DNA of 64,000 nucleotides from Veleropilina oligotropha (Eukaryota): NCBI GenBank assembly GCA_048128005.1, contig JBEUKZ010000047.1, positions 248,001 to 312,000 of the forward strand, read 5' to 3'. Shown piece by piece: positions 10,502 to 21,843 of this stretch (position 1 is its first letter; each line of letters starts with the position of its first letter). The notes under the pieces were generated by a model. It saw only the letters and a program-made list of their open reading frames with translations, ran no database searches and was not told where the DNA came from. The position numbers and the translations under genes were made by a program.

Positions 10502-13097
10502 GAATTGGAGTTCGGGGGTTTGATGGGAGACCTACGTTCTTTGGATCGATGTTGACGAGGCTCCTCAAACTCCATGTCTTCTAAATATTCAAACCTATTC
10601 TGTAATTTAAGTGGGTCGTCTTCACCCTTTTTGGTACGCCCTGACTGGGGCTTTCTCCCTGAAGTGGGAGACTTTTTCCTCGATCGGTTTGAATTATTCC
10701 GAGATGAGTCGGGCTGTGACAATGATTTCGTAGGAGTAGATGATCGAGATCTAGAATGAGAATGCGAGTGATTAGTATTTGATGATTCAGAAGTACTTTG
10801 AGTTGGAGTATCAGGGTGATTGCTATTGGTTTGTGATGATGCTTGAGATGTTTTCGCTGTGGAGGGTGGATTTGGGTTCTTCAATCTTGTTGGTCGTTCA
10901 TTGGAGATCCATGTCAAATCTGTCTGACAAGCAGCAGAAGTGGTGGTAATTGTCTGCTTTTGGACCAATGAACGAACAACAGATGAAAACGATTGGGCTG
11001 ACTCAGATGATAAGAGTTTTCTAGCCTCAGGATATGAAATATTGCGATCTGTTTTCAATCGTGTTATTTTAGACTCATAAATCCACTTTGGACACTGTTT
11101 GGAGGCAGCATGGTGCTCCCCATCACAGTTTACACACTTTGGCTGTGCTTCGCATTTGTATATATTACCACTCGTGTGTTCGTCGCTTCCACAGCGGAAA
11201 CACCTCTCCATATTAGTGCAATTGTTTGATCCGTGACCATATTTTTGGCATCTAAAGCATCGAAGTGGATTTGGATAGTATGTATCCACTTCGATGCGAT
11301 TGTAACCAGCAATGATATGTTTTGGGCGTGTTGAAGATGAAAATGTCATGAGGTAGGTATTTGTTGGAATTTTGTTATTGTCTTTAGTAACAATAAAGCG
11401 TTTAACGTGTACAATACCCTGATCCTCCAACTCAGATTCGATTTCACGTTCTGTCAGATATTGAAGGCATCGATCTCGATCCCTTAAAATCCCTTTTGAT
11501 GTATTGAGATACGAGTGCGGTTGGACGTGCACTGCTGCGTTGGCGAAAGTTTCTATCTTTAAAAGATTGAGAGACTGTTGCCTCTTATTACATTCAATAA
11601 GGAGGCTTCCGTCTCTCAATCGTTTAACATTTTTGACAGTGCCAGCAATACTTTCTATCGTTTTTGCTATTAGAAAGGGATTTTTCGGGACCGTATTCTT
11701 TGCTTGATTACCTTCAATACCTGACAGAAGTAAGAACCTCGGCCAGTTTGTCGCATTGTAAGTATTATGATTGCCATCTTCGTCAGACGAGGATGGCGAA
11801 TCTTGTCTCGATCTTATTCAAATCTTACCTCTGCAATAGACAACAATATACGTATGTGAACAATGAAGCGTCCGACTATCTTATTATGAAATGTGGTGTC
11901 CCCCAAGGATCTACATTAGGGCCATTATTATTTCTAATATATATAAACGATATTGCCCTATGTTGCGATTTTAATACTCGAATGTTTGCAGATGACACTC
12001 ATATGTCAATAAGCACAAAATCATATCAGGATTTAGAACTATTAGTTAATGCTGAACTCTCAAAGGTTGATATATGGTTAAAAGCTAACAAGTTATCTAT
12101 TAACGTAAAAAAAACAAAATACATGATAATAACAAATAAAAGAAGAATACGTAACTTGCAAATAACTGTTAAATTGAACAATAGCATTATTGAAGAGGTT
12201 AGCGAAATAAAATATTTAGGAATATATATTGACAATACACTTACATGGAAAGTACACATTTCATTCATTAAAGGTAAAATCGCAAAATCAATTGGTGTTC
12301 TTCGACATTTAAAAAGATATGTCGATAAGGAAACTCTATGGAAAATTTATTACAGTTTAATATATTCGTATCTTCAATATGCAATAATTACCTGGGGTTC
12401 CGCATATAAAACTAATATTAATGCACTTCAGTCGCTGCAAAATAAAGCTATTAAAATTATATGCAACGCAACAAATTATGATAGTCCAAATCTATATTAT
12501 TTAAAAGAAAAAATATTGAAACTTGCAGATATATACAAATACAACTTGGGCATCATTATGCATAAATTTACTAATAAAAAACTGCCACCTGCTTATACTG
12601 ATTATTTCACACCTGTATCACAAACACACAACCATGACACTAGAAGTTCACAACATAATTATTATCTTCCACGGGTAACGAGCAATTCTGGAAAAAAGAC
12701 TTTAAAATACGCCGGACCAAAGCTATGGTCCGAGTTATCAGTAGCACTAAAAACGATGACATTTTACCAATTCAAGAAAGAATATAAAAAATCTATCATT
12801 AGTAATTACTAATAATTATTTCATAACTATAAAAGCAACACTATAATATAACATAATAAGCTATGTGTCAATTCTTTTTATATATTGTTCGTATTATGTA
12901 ACTGTCAGCTGTAACATTATTAATTATATAAAATATTGGGGATACTAACTAGGAAACCGTATGGTTATTTTAGTATCCCTCACAAATTCTGTTTTTACAA
13001 TGTTATGTACTCCTGAAACCAGCTGTATTAAGAATTATGTGTAAATAAATTTGTCTATTGTCTATTTGTCTATTTTGGTTGTTGTGGGTTTAGCCAT
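10498..13097 (-). CDS. B1 ORF1 (gag-like, CCHC knuckles), split by insertion 11816-13072
   Basis: MAKPTTTK|RSRQDSP..WPRF..PLRCFRCQKYGH; stop overlaps the ORF2 ATG (ATGA, 10498-10501). Confidence 0.88.
11816..13072 (+). mobile_element. 5'-truncated CR1/L2/Crack-group LINE (RT C-terminal half)
   Basis: GVPQGSTLGPLLF, FADDT; 3' hairpin GGGATACTAA/TTAGTATCCC (12939-12979); AATAAA then (TTGTCTA)n tail; no clear TSD. Confidence 0.85.
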
Positions 13098-13362
13098 ATT
13101 GTGTTTTGTAATTCAACGCATCTGGCCCCCACCCACCATGGAGTGCCAACAAGGGCGATGTCCATATGCCTGCTGGTAACCGGCAGGCAGACACCAGGGG
13201 TGCAGATGCATTATACTCCATTATTATTAACATTAGAAGCTTTAGATAAAACCCAAAGATCTAAGCGGTCAATAATACCAGATTGACCCATGAGCAACCG
13301 CCTTCTATACTACAGGCCAAAATATTGATGGTATATACATTGGTATATATTGATGATATATA

Positions 13363-13574
13363 TCTTAATATAATGGAGCTATAATTGTATGTGTGCGTGC
13401 GTGCGTGCGTGCGTGCGTGTCTGTTTCAAGTTGAACTCCTCCCAGACGCTTTGACCTAGGACCTTCAAACTTTGGGGGGTTAATCGGGGTCCCCCAAGGA
13501 AGGTTTACCACGAAAAAAATTCGGAAAATTCGGGAAAAAATAAAAATATTTAAGGGAGCACTATCCATAGCTAG
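13363..13574 (+). mobile_element. Small non-autonomous Helitron-like element in B1 5'UTR
   Basis: Starts TC, ends CTAG, inserted at A|T with no TSD, internal (GCGT)n; absent from the homologous leader at ~29620-29680. Confidence 0.7.
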
Positions 13575-13835
13575 TATATATAATGATAATAAAAATAAGT
13601 AGTTTGCCAAAATGATAGATGTTAAGATACTGGCATATGAGTGTCACCTGTAATCTAGGGCATGGCGTTACCAGCTGATTGAATGGACCGGGCCCATCCA
13701 TCTACCACTCTAGAGGAATCATGGGCCAAAGTGGTGTGTTGTGTCAAAGACGGGTAGTACCAGCATCTTTGACCCTCAACCACCAGGATCCCACTCTCCC
13801 TCGACAGTAGGTCGCAGGTCACGGCAAACGACCTG

Positions 13836-13911
13836 GTTGTGCGTTTCGTTCAGGGAACTTGCGTTCCCCTATCCAGGGCCCACCACGAGGAGGCGCACAA
13901 CATCGAGCCCC
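13836..13911 (-). ncRNA. HDV-like self-cleaving ribozyme at the 5' end of B1
   Basis: P1 GGGGCUC/GGGCCCU, P2 GUUGUGC/GCACAAC, P3 GCC/GGU, L3 UCCUCGU, P1.1 GG, P4 with GCAA loop, J4/2 CGAA; G1 coincides with the TSD boundary. Confidence 0.88.
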
Positions 13912-14185
13912 CATGGACTATGTAGTAGTACTGTCAGGCTTTAGTACTTATGAGCTCGGGCCTACATTGCACTCTTCCACAACGACCTCCTCAGCATGCT
14001 TTCCAGTATTTAGAATTCTGAGGAGGAAGGCCGCGTGGAAGAAAGGTGGGTCGTGAAGATGGTGGCGCCACCATAGGCCAAGAGAGGGTGGTGAAGACAC
14101 CCCAGGCTACGGCTGAAATACAAGGGGGCTTCAAGAGGGCCAACCACCCTCGGGGCCAAGAGAGGGTCGTGAAGACACCCCAGAG

Positions 14186-14395
14186 AGGCCCGGGGGTGGG
14201 TGGCCCGGGGGTGGGTGGCCGTGGCCCGGGGGTTGGTGGCCCGGGGGTGGGTGGCCCGGGGGTGGTTGGCCCGGGGGTGGGTGGCCCGGGGGTTGTTGGC
14301 CGAGAGAGGCCCGGGGGTGGGTGGCCGAGGGGTGGCCCGGGGGTGGTTGGCCCGGGGGTGGTTGGCCGAGAGAGGCCCCGGGGGTGGTTGGCCCT
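14186..14395 (+). repeat. G-rich ~15-bp minisatellite (GGCCCGGGGGTGG[G/T]T)n
   Basis: Directly visible; preceded by two ggccaagagagggt.gtgaagacaccccag repeats. Confidence 0.9.
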
Positions 14396-14487
14396 AGGGA
14401 AGCCTGAAAAATATGTTTCAAGGCAGGGATTCCCCGAGATTGCAGCTGTTATATGAATATGTAGTTACCGCTTGCTAGTGTACAGTT

Positions 14488-14884
14488 TCAGGGCGAGTGT
14501 TGTCCTATCTGACTCCACGAACCCATGCAGCCGGTCGATAGCATTGAGTAGTAATGCCCATGTTTACCACGGCATAAGGATGGCTCAGCGCACTCGATGC
14601 AGACCACAGTATTTGGGTCAGGAGGAGCCCCCCCCCACCCCACACTCATTCTCTCCGATAATAAAGTAGTGGCACGAGGGTGGGGAGACATCAGGGGTGG
14701 GGTCTCCCGGGCGAAGAAGCAAGTTTCTACGCAAGGGGTCAAATCGGGTGTTATACCTGGGATGATTTCGGTACCTAGCCCACGTATGTTCGAGAATTAA
14801 TGCAGTGTCGTGTCTCGACGCCTGGGTAGAGACACCCCCTAGCCAGCACACCGCGGCAATGCACAGAAGTAGCATGGATTTCAT
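14488..14884 (-). CDS. Putative secreted Cys-rich viral protein, probably frameshifted at the C9 run 14628-14636
   Basis: Signal-peptide-like MKSMLLLCIAAVCWLGGVSTQA; shifted frame continues ..PPDPNTVVCIECAEPSLCRG..TGC. Confidence 0.45.
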
Positions 14885-14966
14885 GGTTGTCCAGATATCA
14901 CTGTCGATTTCTAGCTTTAATACGGGGGAGGAGGGGGGTAGTCGTGGCTACGCTCAACCTGGATGG

Positions 14967-15599
14967 TTAGTCGCCAGCCCCGATTTTTTTCAGCAGCTCT
15001 GCGCATCCCTCTTTACGACCACGCTCAAGAAGTTCGCTCTGGGTCTGTGAAACCGCGGTGTGCGCCTTTAGACTCTTGAGGCGAACCGTGGCCTTCATTG
15101 TCCGATATTTTTCCATCTCCCCCGTGACGAGTTGAAATTCCTCATCAGACATCTCCCCATCCGCTAGGGCCTTTGAGACGTGGTCAGTTATGGTATTAAG
15201 TTTGCTCTCGGCCAGGGCTCGAATCTCGTTGTGCTTCTTGGCCTTCACTTGGAGGCGGCGGGAAATGTATTTCCCACCCATACTAGCGAGCCCACACCCC
15301 AATGCCGCTAATTCGAGCACTAGGACAACGGGTGCGGCAACGATTGTGGAAAGTAGACCAATTCCAGCGCTACCCATACCGAGGGTCGCCACGACCAGGG
15401 CCGAATCGATCCCGTCAACGACGTTAACGCCTCGGCGGTATTTTTTATATAGTGCAGCTCTTGTGTCTCGTTCTCGTTCTAACTGTCCCTGAAGCTCATT
15501 CACTTTTTGCAGTCGGAAAGACTGTGCCTCCGGAACTTCCGAAAGCACATCGCCATCAAGCTGTGGGTACAGCGTTGGCGCTGATGGCTTGCTGTCCAT
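14967..15599 (-). CDS. Polinton/adintovirus-associated protein with hydrophobic helical hairpin
   Basis: FRLQKVNEL..YKKYRR, two Gly/Ala-rich hydrophobic helices, KAKKH..LAESKLNTI..SKAL.D..SDEEF. Confidence 0.7.
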   Translation of the reverse strand: MDSKPSAPTLYPQLDGDVLSEVPEAQSFRLQKVNELQGQLERERDTRAALYKKYRRGVNVVDGIDSALVVATLGMGSAGIGLLSTIVAAPVVLVLELAALGCGLASMGGKYISRRLQVKAKKHNEIRALAESKLNTITDHVSKALADGEMSDEEFQLVTGEMEKYRTMKATVRLKSLKAHTAVSQTQSELLERGRKEGCAELLKKIGAGD

Positions 15600-15951
15600 C
15601 ACAATACTACGTGGCTGTATTGTTCAGCCTGTTGATTCCCCATGTCTACCGTTACGTTCAAATACATGGTCCCCACCCACGGGGCCTTGATGATGAAGAC
15701 GAGGGTCAACCTGTCCGAATTCAGGCCAAGCTTATGGAACATGCTTTGGGGCCCCCGGCGGGCTGGACCGGCGTCAGGTGGATCATTAGGAGGGCTGGGT
15801 TTAACCCAAACCGACCTCCAGCGTTTGGGATCATGAACTCCCTCTTCGCCAGCCCCTTCTTGGGCGCTTCCCCACAATTAAGAACGAAGTGCCACCGGGT
15901 CGGGGAAGAGGGCTCATCTGCAAGCAGGGTCCCATAGATGCTGTTGCTCAT
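15599..15951 (-). CDS. Small hypothetical viral ORF(s) (76 aa and 92 aa overlapping frames)
   Basis: ATGA overlap with upstream stop (15948-15951) and TGATG overlap with downstream start. Confidence 0.35.
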
Positions 15952-16655
15952 TGTATCGCAAGGACTGCGGTAATGGGCATGCCGTGATTGTCGATCGGGT
16001 TACTGTCTGCGTCTGTGACGTACACCTTCAACTCTGTGATAATCCCGGCCTGTAGTCGCCGGCCGGCGGGATAATTGTGGTAGTGGGCAGCCTCGCCGAA
16101 TATCTGCGACGTGATAGGGACCACCACGAGAATAGTGCTCGGGGCTCCGTCCTTCACATTGTGTGTCGTACTGAGCTGCTCCAGGTGAACGTGCAGGGTC
16201 GGCGCTATGGCAAACCCGACAGGCTTGTTCCCGTCATAAGTCCCAGGGGGTAGCCATTGCGGCTCATCTGCAGGCTTGTTCTTGTCATAAGTCATAAGTA
16301 GCCACCACCCTGCAAGGGTGAAGCCGAGGAGCTTCCGTATATCGTCGCTTACCGCGAGTCGGGTCCCCTCTGGGACAACGATTCGGGCGAGTCCCGTATC
16401 ATGGCTTACAGCTAGCTGTATGTTAGCTAGCGACCTCTTCAGTGTCTTTGCGAGGGAATCGAAGCTGTAGAAACCCGGTGGCACCTCGACCGTGGTATCG
16501 GGGGTCTTAAAGAAGTCTCCGGCATGGACGTTGTGCCAGCCGACCCAATAGTCGAGCGACTGTAAACTGACACATAATTTGCCTTCCCGGTTGTCAATCG
16601 GCTCCAGGAGGGCAACCGCGGTCCCCTCTTGAACACTCGTTAATGTGTGGAACAT
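15948..16655 (-). CDS. Polinton-like minor capsid protein (penton, single jelly roll)
   Basis: VPPGFYS, KLLGF, LHVHLEQL..STILVVVP..FGE, ITELKVYVTDADSNPIDNHGMPITAVL pattern; likely ATG at 16655. Confidence 0.75.
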   Translation of the reverse strand: MFHTLTSVQEGTAVALLEPIDNREGKLCVSLQSLDYWVGWHNVHAGDFFKTPDTTVEVPPGFYSFDSLAKTLKRSLANIQLAVSHDTGLARIVVPEGTRLAVSDDIRKLLGFTLAGWWLLMTYDKNKPADEPQWLPPGTYDGNKPVGFAIAPTLHVHLEQLSTTHNVKDGAPSTILVVVPITSQIFGEAAHYHNYPAGRRLQAGIITELKVYVTDADSNPIDNHGMPITAVLAIQ

Positions 16656-16662
16656 AGTAGCT

Positions 16663-17757
16663 ATGGCTAAGAGCGCCTTTGTATTCAATAGGAGTGCGGC
16701 CTATCCGAGCGGTGTGGTGTACCCAGCACAGATCAAAGATGAGCAGCTTACGAGACCAAGCATCAATGTGGGTAATAGCTCACCACTGCATTCGGGGCAG
16801 ACTATCCCGACGTATTTCAAAAGCATCGCCTCCCACATGTCGCGAGTGATCGGGTAATACGGGCTTGGCAGACCACGCCGATGCGGTTCTGGCAGAACAA
16901 GGTCAATTTCGCAGTCTGGTGTGCTACAACAGGTTCCGGGATCTCCTCAGAAGACCACTTGAATGCTACTGCAGCCCTCTCCACTGCTGTATTCACCTTC
17001 CACGTATACTATCAGGTCAGAAGGATCTTGACCGAGATTCAGGCCCCGCTGCCTCAAGACGTGACGTGGGATGCATTCGACACCCCGTATGACCGAAGGG
17101 CATATGAAAAGATCTGCAGCGAATTCGGAGTGTCCCCACATACCGACTGGCGTGTCAAGGGTCCCAACGGCGGACTAGGCACCGCTTACAGCTACTGGAC
17201 GAACAACGGCTACCACCCCATCGGACGTGAGTATGATCCAAGCCGAATGTCCTTCACCAAAGGTACGACCAACACGAATCTGCACGTGGACTACATCGCG
17301 CAAGCGCCTGCGCTTTCAAACGGCTGGGCTTCCTTTATTCTGGACAAGTCGGCGGGATTCACGAGGGCCGGCGTGGAGAGGCTCAATGACTCCATCAGGA
17401 CCTACGTCTGGGCGATTCTTGGAGCGCAGGCGCAGACACGTGCAAGTATTCTGGGGAGTGGGACGGCATTTGACGCACAGAAACAGTTTCTGGCCGACGT
17501 CGAAGACGCCATCGCATCGCCAGTGGACCTCCCATCAGCCATCAAACGGTACCAGGACGTTTTGCAGTATGCCAGGTCCAAGGTCGACTTCGTATTCGGC
17601 GTCGGCCTGTACATGGCGCCAAGTAACATGCTTCTACGGATCGGGCAGGTGGCTGGTTATGACAACGAGATCGTCGTCGCCACGGAAGACCAGACCCTAG
17701 GTCTTAATATGACGGTGAACGCGGCCAGTGTGCCGCCCAACGCCGCTGGGGAGACTG
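16663..17757 (+). pseudogene. Polinton-associated hypothetical protein, frameshift near 16775, 3'-truncated by LINE
   Basis: MAKSAFVFNRSAAYP.. then shifted frame ..DYPDVFQKHRLPH..PMRFWQNKVNFAVWCATT..FHVYYQVRRIL. Confidence 0.6.
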
Positions 17758-18101
17758 GTTTGATTGAATTGATGTTTAACGACCACGCCGACACTATAAT
17801 GGTCATAATCGGGTCGGTCAAGTTAATTATATAATAGTTTAATATAAAAAGATAAAAGTTGTGATACATATTTAATAATAAAATATCAATAAAATAAAAC
17901 AGATGTGAAGAATAATAAAAACGAATCAATATATTTACAAGTAAAATAGGCAATGCAAATTTGGATAAAAGCAAATCAATAAAAGGGAACATAACATGGT
18001 ATATTTACAGGTTAAAACGATATAAATATGCAAAGCAATAAAATAAAAAACAAGTATAATAATAAAAACAAGATATCAAATTTGTGAAACAAAATAAAAA
18101 A

Positions 18102-21100
18102 TTATAACTTGTAAAAAATATTTACTTGTTTTAAAAACTCAAATATGCATTCAAGCTTAGTGAATTTAAATAACTCTTGGAGCGAGTTTGCCCTAAAGTG
18201 CTTTTGGCGTGCGAGATCCAAATCGACACAATCCAATAATATATGTTTAACTGTTAGGGCAGTTGCACAAGGAATACACTCAGGTGGAGGCTCCCCTTTA
18301 AGCAAGTAGGAGTGAGTGTAGTGAGAATGCCCAATTCTCAGTCTGGCCAAGACGACCTCCTCTCGCCAAGATGGCCTGCAAGAGGGTACCCAGTCACCAA
18401 GAAGAGGTTGGACATTCTGCAGTTTATTCCTTGTGCATTCACTCCAAGAGTGCTGCCAAGTAGAATTTATATATTTGTTTATGCTTTGTTTAAAATCAGT
18501 GTGAGGCAATTTGCAATTTATTGTGTGGTTAAAATGCGAGGCTGCCTTGGCAGCTTGGTCAGCCTTCTCATTGCCTTGGATACCGATATGGCTCGGTATC
18601 CAGCATAAAATAATGTCATTGTCAGGTAAAAGGTTGTTATAGTTTAATAAAATTTCCTGAACAATAACATTTCTATTCATCTCCCTCAGTGCTTGTAAGC
18701 TAGAGAGGGAGTCTGAATAGATAATAAAACGCCGTTTAGTACTTGTAAAGATAAAATTAAGAGCAAGCTCGATTGCTTTTAGTTCTGCAGTATATATAGT
18801 CGCGCTGCCTGGCAGACGGTTTTGAAAACATTGTCTGCCAGTGACAGCGGCTGCTCCTACTAATTCTGCATCTTTTGAACCATCTGTGTATATGCTTGCA
18901 CGATCTGAATATTTTAATTTCAGATCGTGCACTTTTGTGAGATAATCTGATGTGTCTGTGTTTGATTTTTTGAGTGATGTAAGTTGTAGATCAATTACCG
19001 GTACTTTTAGTGTCCATGGTGGAGTATCCGGAATGTGATTTGTTTTAATTTGACCTACATGTATGCCTGCGTTTTCTAGTGCTGGTTTGATGCGGATGCC
19101 AAATGGTGCAATTTTGTTTGGTTTTGCCTGAAATAGATTTTCGTAATTTGGTGTATAGACATTTTCGAAAGCTGGGTTAGATGGATTTGATTTTAATTTT
19201 ATTGCATATTGTAGTGATAATTTTTCGCGTCTGAGTGTAAGAGATGGTTCGTTGGCTTCGACATAGAGGCTATCCATGGGTGATGTGCGAAAAGCCCCTA
19301 ATGCAAGTCGAAGCCCTTGATTATGGATTGGATCAAGCATTTTAAGATATGAATGGCGAGCAGAGCCATATACTATGCTCCCATAATCAAGTTTTGATCT
19401 AATTAATGATCTATATAGTCGTAATAAAACTGTTTTATCAGCACCCCCTTCAGTATTAGAAATTACTTTCATTATATTTAAAGCCTTTTTGCATTTGGCT
19501 TTGATGTATTTTATATGAGGTATGAAAGTCAGTTTGCGGTCAAATATAAGGCCTAAAAATTGAAATTGGTCCACCACTGGAATCTCAAAGTCATCCAGTT
19601 TTAGCACAGGGTCATCATGAATTTCACGACGCTGGCAGAAATGCATGCATTTAGTTTTGTCCTTTGAGAATTTAAATCCATTCTCATCGGACCATGTCTG
19701 TAATTTATTTAGGCCATGTTGTAGCTGGCGTTCTATACTGTTCATATTTGTTGAACGATAGCAAATGCCAAAATCGTCAACAAATAATGAACAGTCAGTG
19801 CCAGCACTAATACATTTGACGATACTGTTTATTTTAATACTGAATAGGGTGACTGATAAAATGCTTCCTTGAGGGACACCCATCTCCTGGTCGTGGATAT
19901 CGGAGAGGGTGTCACCCACCTTGACTTGAAAATTTCTATCCTCAAGGAATTTCGAAATAAAATTGGGCAAGTGGCCCTTTAAACCAAAATCAAACAAATC
20001 CTTCATAATGCCGTACTTCCAAGTAGTGTCGTAGGCCTTCTCTAGATCGAAAAAAACAGCAACTACATGTTGTCTGTTTAGGAAGGCCTCACGAACAAAA
20101 GTTTCCAGACGTACCAAGTGATCTGTGGTGCTCCGGTTGCGCCGGAACCCACTTTGATATTCTGTAAGTAAATTATTTGATTCAAGATACCAAACTAATC
20201 TCTCGTTTATCATCCGTTCCATGGTTTTGCAAATACAACTCGTCAGGGCTATGGGTCGATAACTGTTAGGATTTGATGTATCTTTTCCCGCCTTTGCAAT
20301 TGGGATAATTGTAGCTTCCCTCCACGAGGGAGGGAAGGTTCCAGTTTCCCAGATAGTATTGAATATTGCAAGTAGAGTTGTAAGTGATGTTGCAGGTAAG
20401 TGCTTAAGTAATTGATAGTGAATGTCATCAGGGCCAACTGATGTGTCATGTGCCTTGTTTAGTGAATCTGCGAGTTCCTTTTGTGAAAATGGCTGATTGT
20501 ATGACTCTGTGTTGTTGGATCTAAAATTGAGCCTTGTTTTTTCTTTTTGATGTTTAAAACGGCTGAATTTTGGAGTGCAGTTGTCGGATGATGAATTGGC
20601 AGAAAATGTGTCTGCCAAGGTGTTTGCGATGTCTTGAGCTGTGTTGGCTTCTAAGTTGTTTGTTTTAAGGTGCTTGATGCAGTTGGGTGTATGATTGCCG
20701 GTGATTTTACGGATCATATCCCATGTTTGTTTAATAGTGGAACGAGAGTTTAGTTTGGTAACGTAGGAATGCCAGGATTCCCTTTTGCTTTGCTTGATGG
20801 TACGTCTGGCTTTTGCTCTTAATTGCTCTTAATAGCCTAAAGCTATTAAGATTGTGTAGTGTTGGGTGCTGTTTAAATGTTGAAATTGCATGTATGCGTG
20901 CTTTGATTGCTTGTCTGCAGTCTTCATTAAACCAAGGTTTATTTTTGTGCTTGGCATTTGGACAGGTTTTTGGAATTGAGAGCGTTGCAATGTCATGTAG
21001 TGTTGTAGAGAAACTTGATATTGGGTCTTCGCCATGAGTTAATTGATGCGAGTGTAATTGCTCTTCGCACAGAGATTGGAATTTCTCCCAATCTGCTTTG

Positions 21101-21796
21101 CGAAGTTTCCACCTTTCTGTATGTTCTTGCGCTTGGTTGATTGTGCTTTCCAGGAAAATTGGAAAGTGGTCACTTCCGTGGAGGTCCTCACCAACTTTCC
21201 AAGTAAAGTCCAGGAAAGCAGATGGGTCGCACATGGTAAGGTCAATGGTGGTAAGTGAGCCTGTAGGTGGATGCATGTATGTTGGCGATTTGGTGGTGTT
21301 AAATAGACACAAATTGTGTCTCCCAATAAAGTCCTCTATTTGATGTCCCCGTTTATCTGTATAAGTACCGCCCCAATCCGTACTGTGGGCATTAAAATCG
21401 CCACACAATATAAATGGAGCCGGTAGCTGATTAATGAGATCGTCAAGGTCAGTAGGATGTATGTTTATGCTAGGTGGTAAGTATACAGAGCAAATAGTTA
21501 TTACTCGGTGAGTCGATATTTTCACCGCTACTGCCTGTAGGTTGGTGTTTAAGTTGAACTGGCTGTGTGGTGTTTTGTTGTTGATGATGATCGAAACCCC
21601 CCCCTGTAGCCTTGTCGCCTGTGGTGACAATGTGATTATAAAGCGAGTGATCTTTAATGCGTATGTTGTCTGTGGGTTTCATGTAAGTTTCATTGAGACA
21701 AACTGCTATTGGTTTGTGGTCTTGTATTAGTAAATTGATCTCATCGATATTCGGTTTAATGCCTCTACAATTCCATTGTATTAGTGAACCTGTCAT
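18102..21796 (-). pseudogene. C ORF2 (A-type APE-RT-RNase H), two frameshifts
   Basis: C8 instead of C7 at 21597-21604 and a short duplication near 20815-20830. Confidence 0.88.
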
Positions 21797-21843
21797 GTTG
21801 TGTTTGTGTAAATAAGTCGTGTATAGTGCTTTGCTTTTATTTA

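Larger units (their letters stand above)
1475..13911 (-). mobile_element. Full-length I-group/Nimb-like LINE, family B (B1), with three nested insertions
   Basis: 12-bp TSD CATGGACTATGT (1463-1474, 13912-13923); (ACTC)n 3' tail; ORF1 gag knuckles; ORF2 APE-RT-RNase H. Confidence 0.92.
13924..17757. mobile_element. Polinton/Maverick (adintovirus-like) terminal remnant
   Basis: GC-rich, intronless, tightly packed ORFs including a minor-capsid-like gene; begins AGTAGTA; cut by a LINE tail at 17758. Confidence 0.75.

Noticed and set aside
11664..11815. N-terminus of the 382-aa RT ORF
   Set aside because: Antisense read-through of B1 ORF1; the real RT fragment starts at ~11816
14046..14456. Elastin/collagen-like GPGVG protein
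   Set aside because: All frames are open because of the stop-free 15-bp repeat; no ATG start
17751..17757. GAGACTG next to two A tails (also 34963-34969) as a TSD
   Set aside because: Both are 3' flanks of different elements, so they cannot be one TSD; chance or weak target preference
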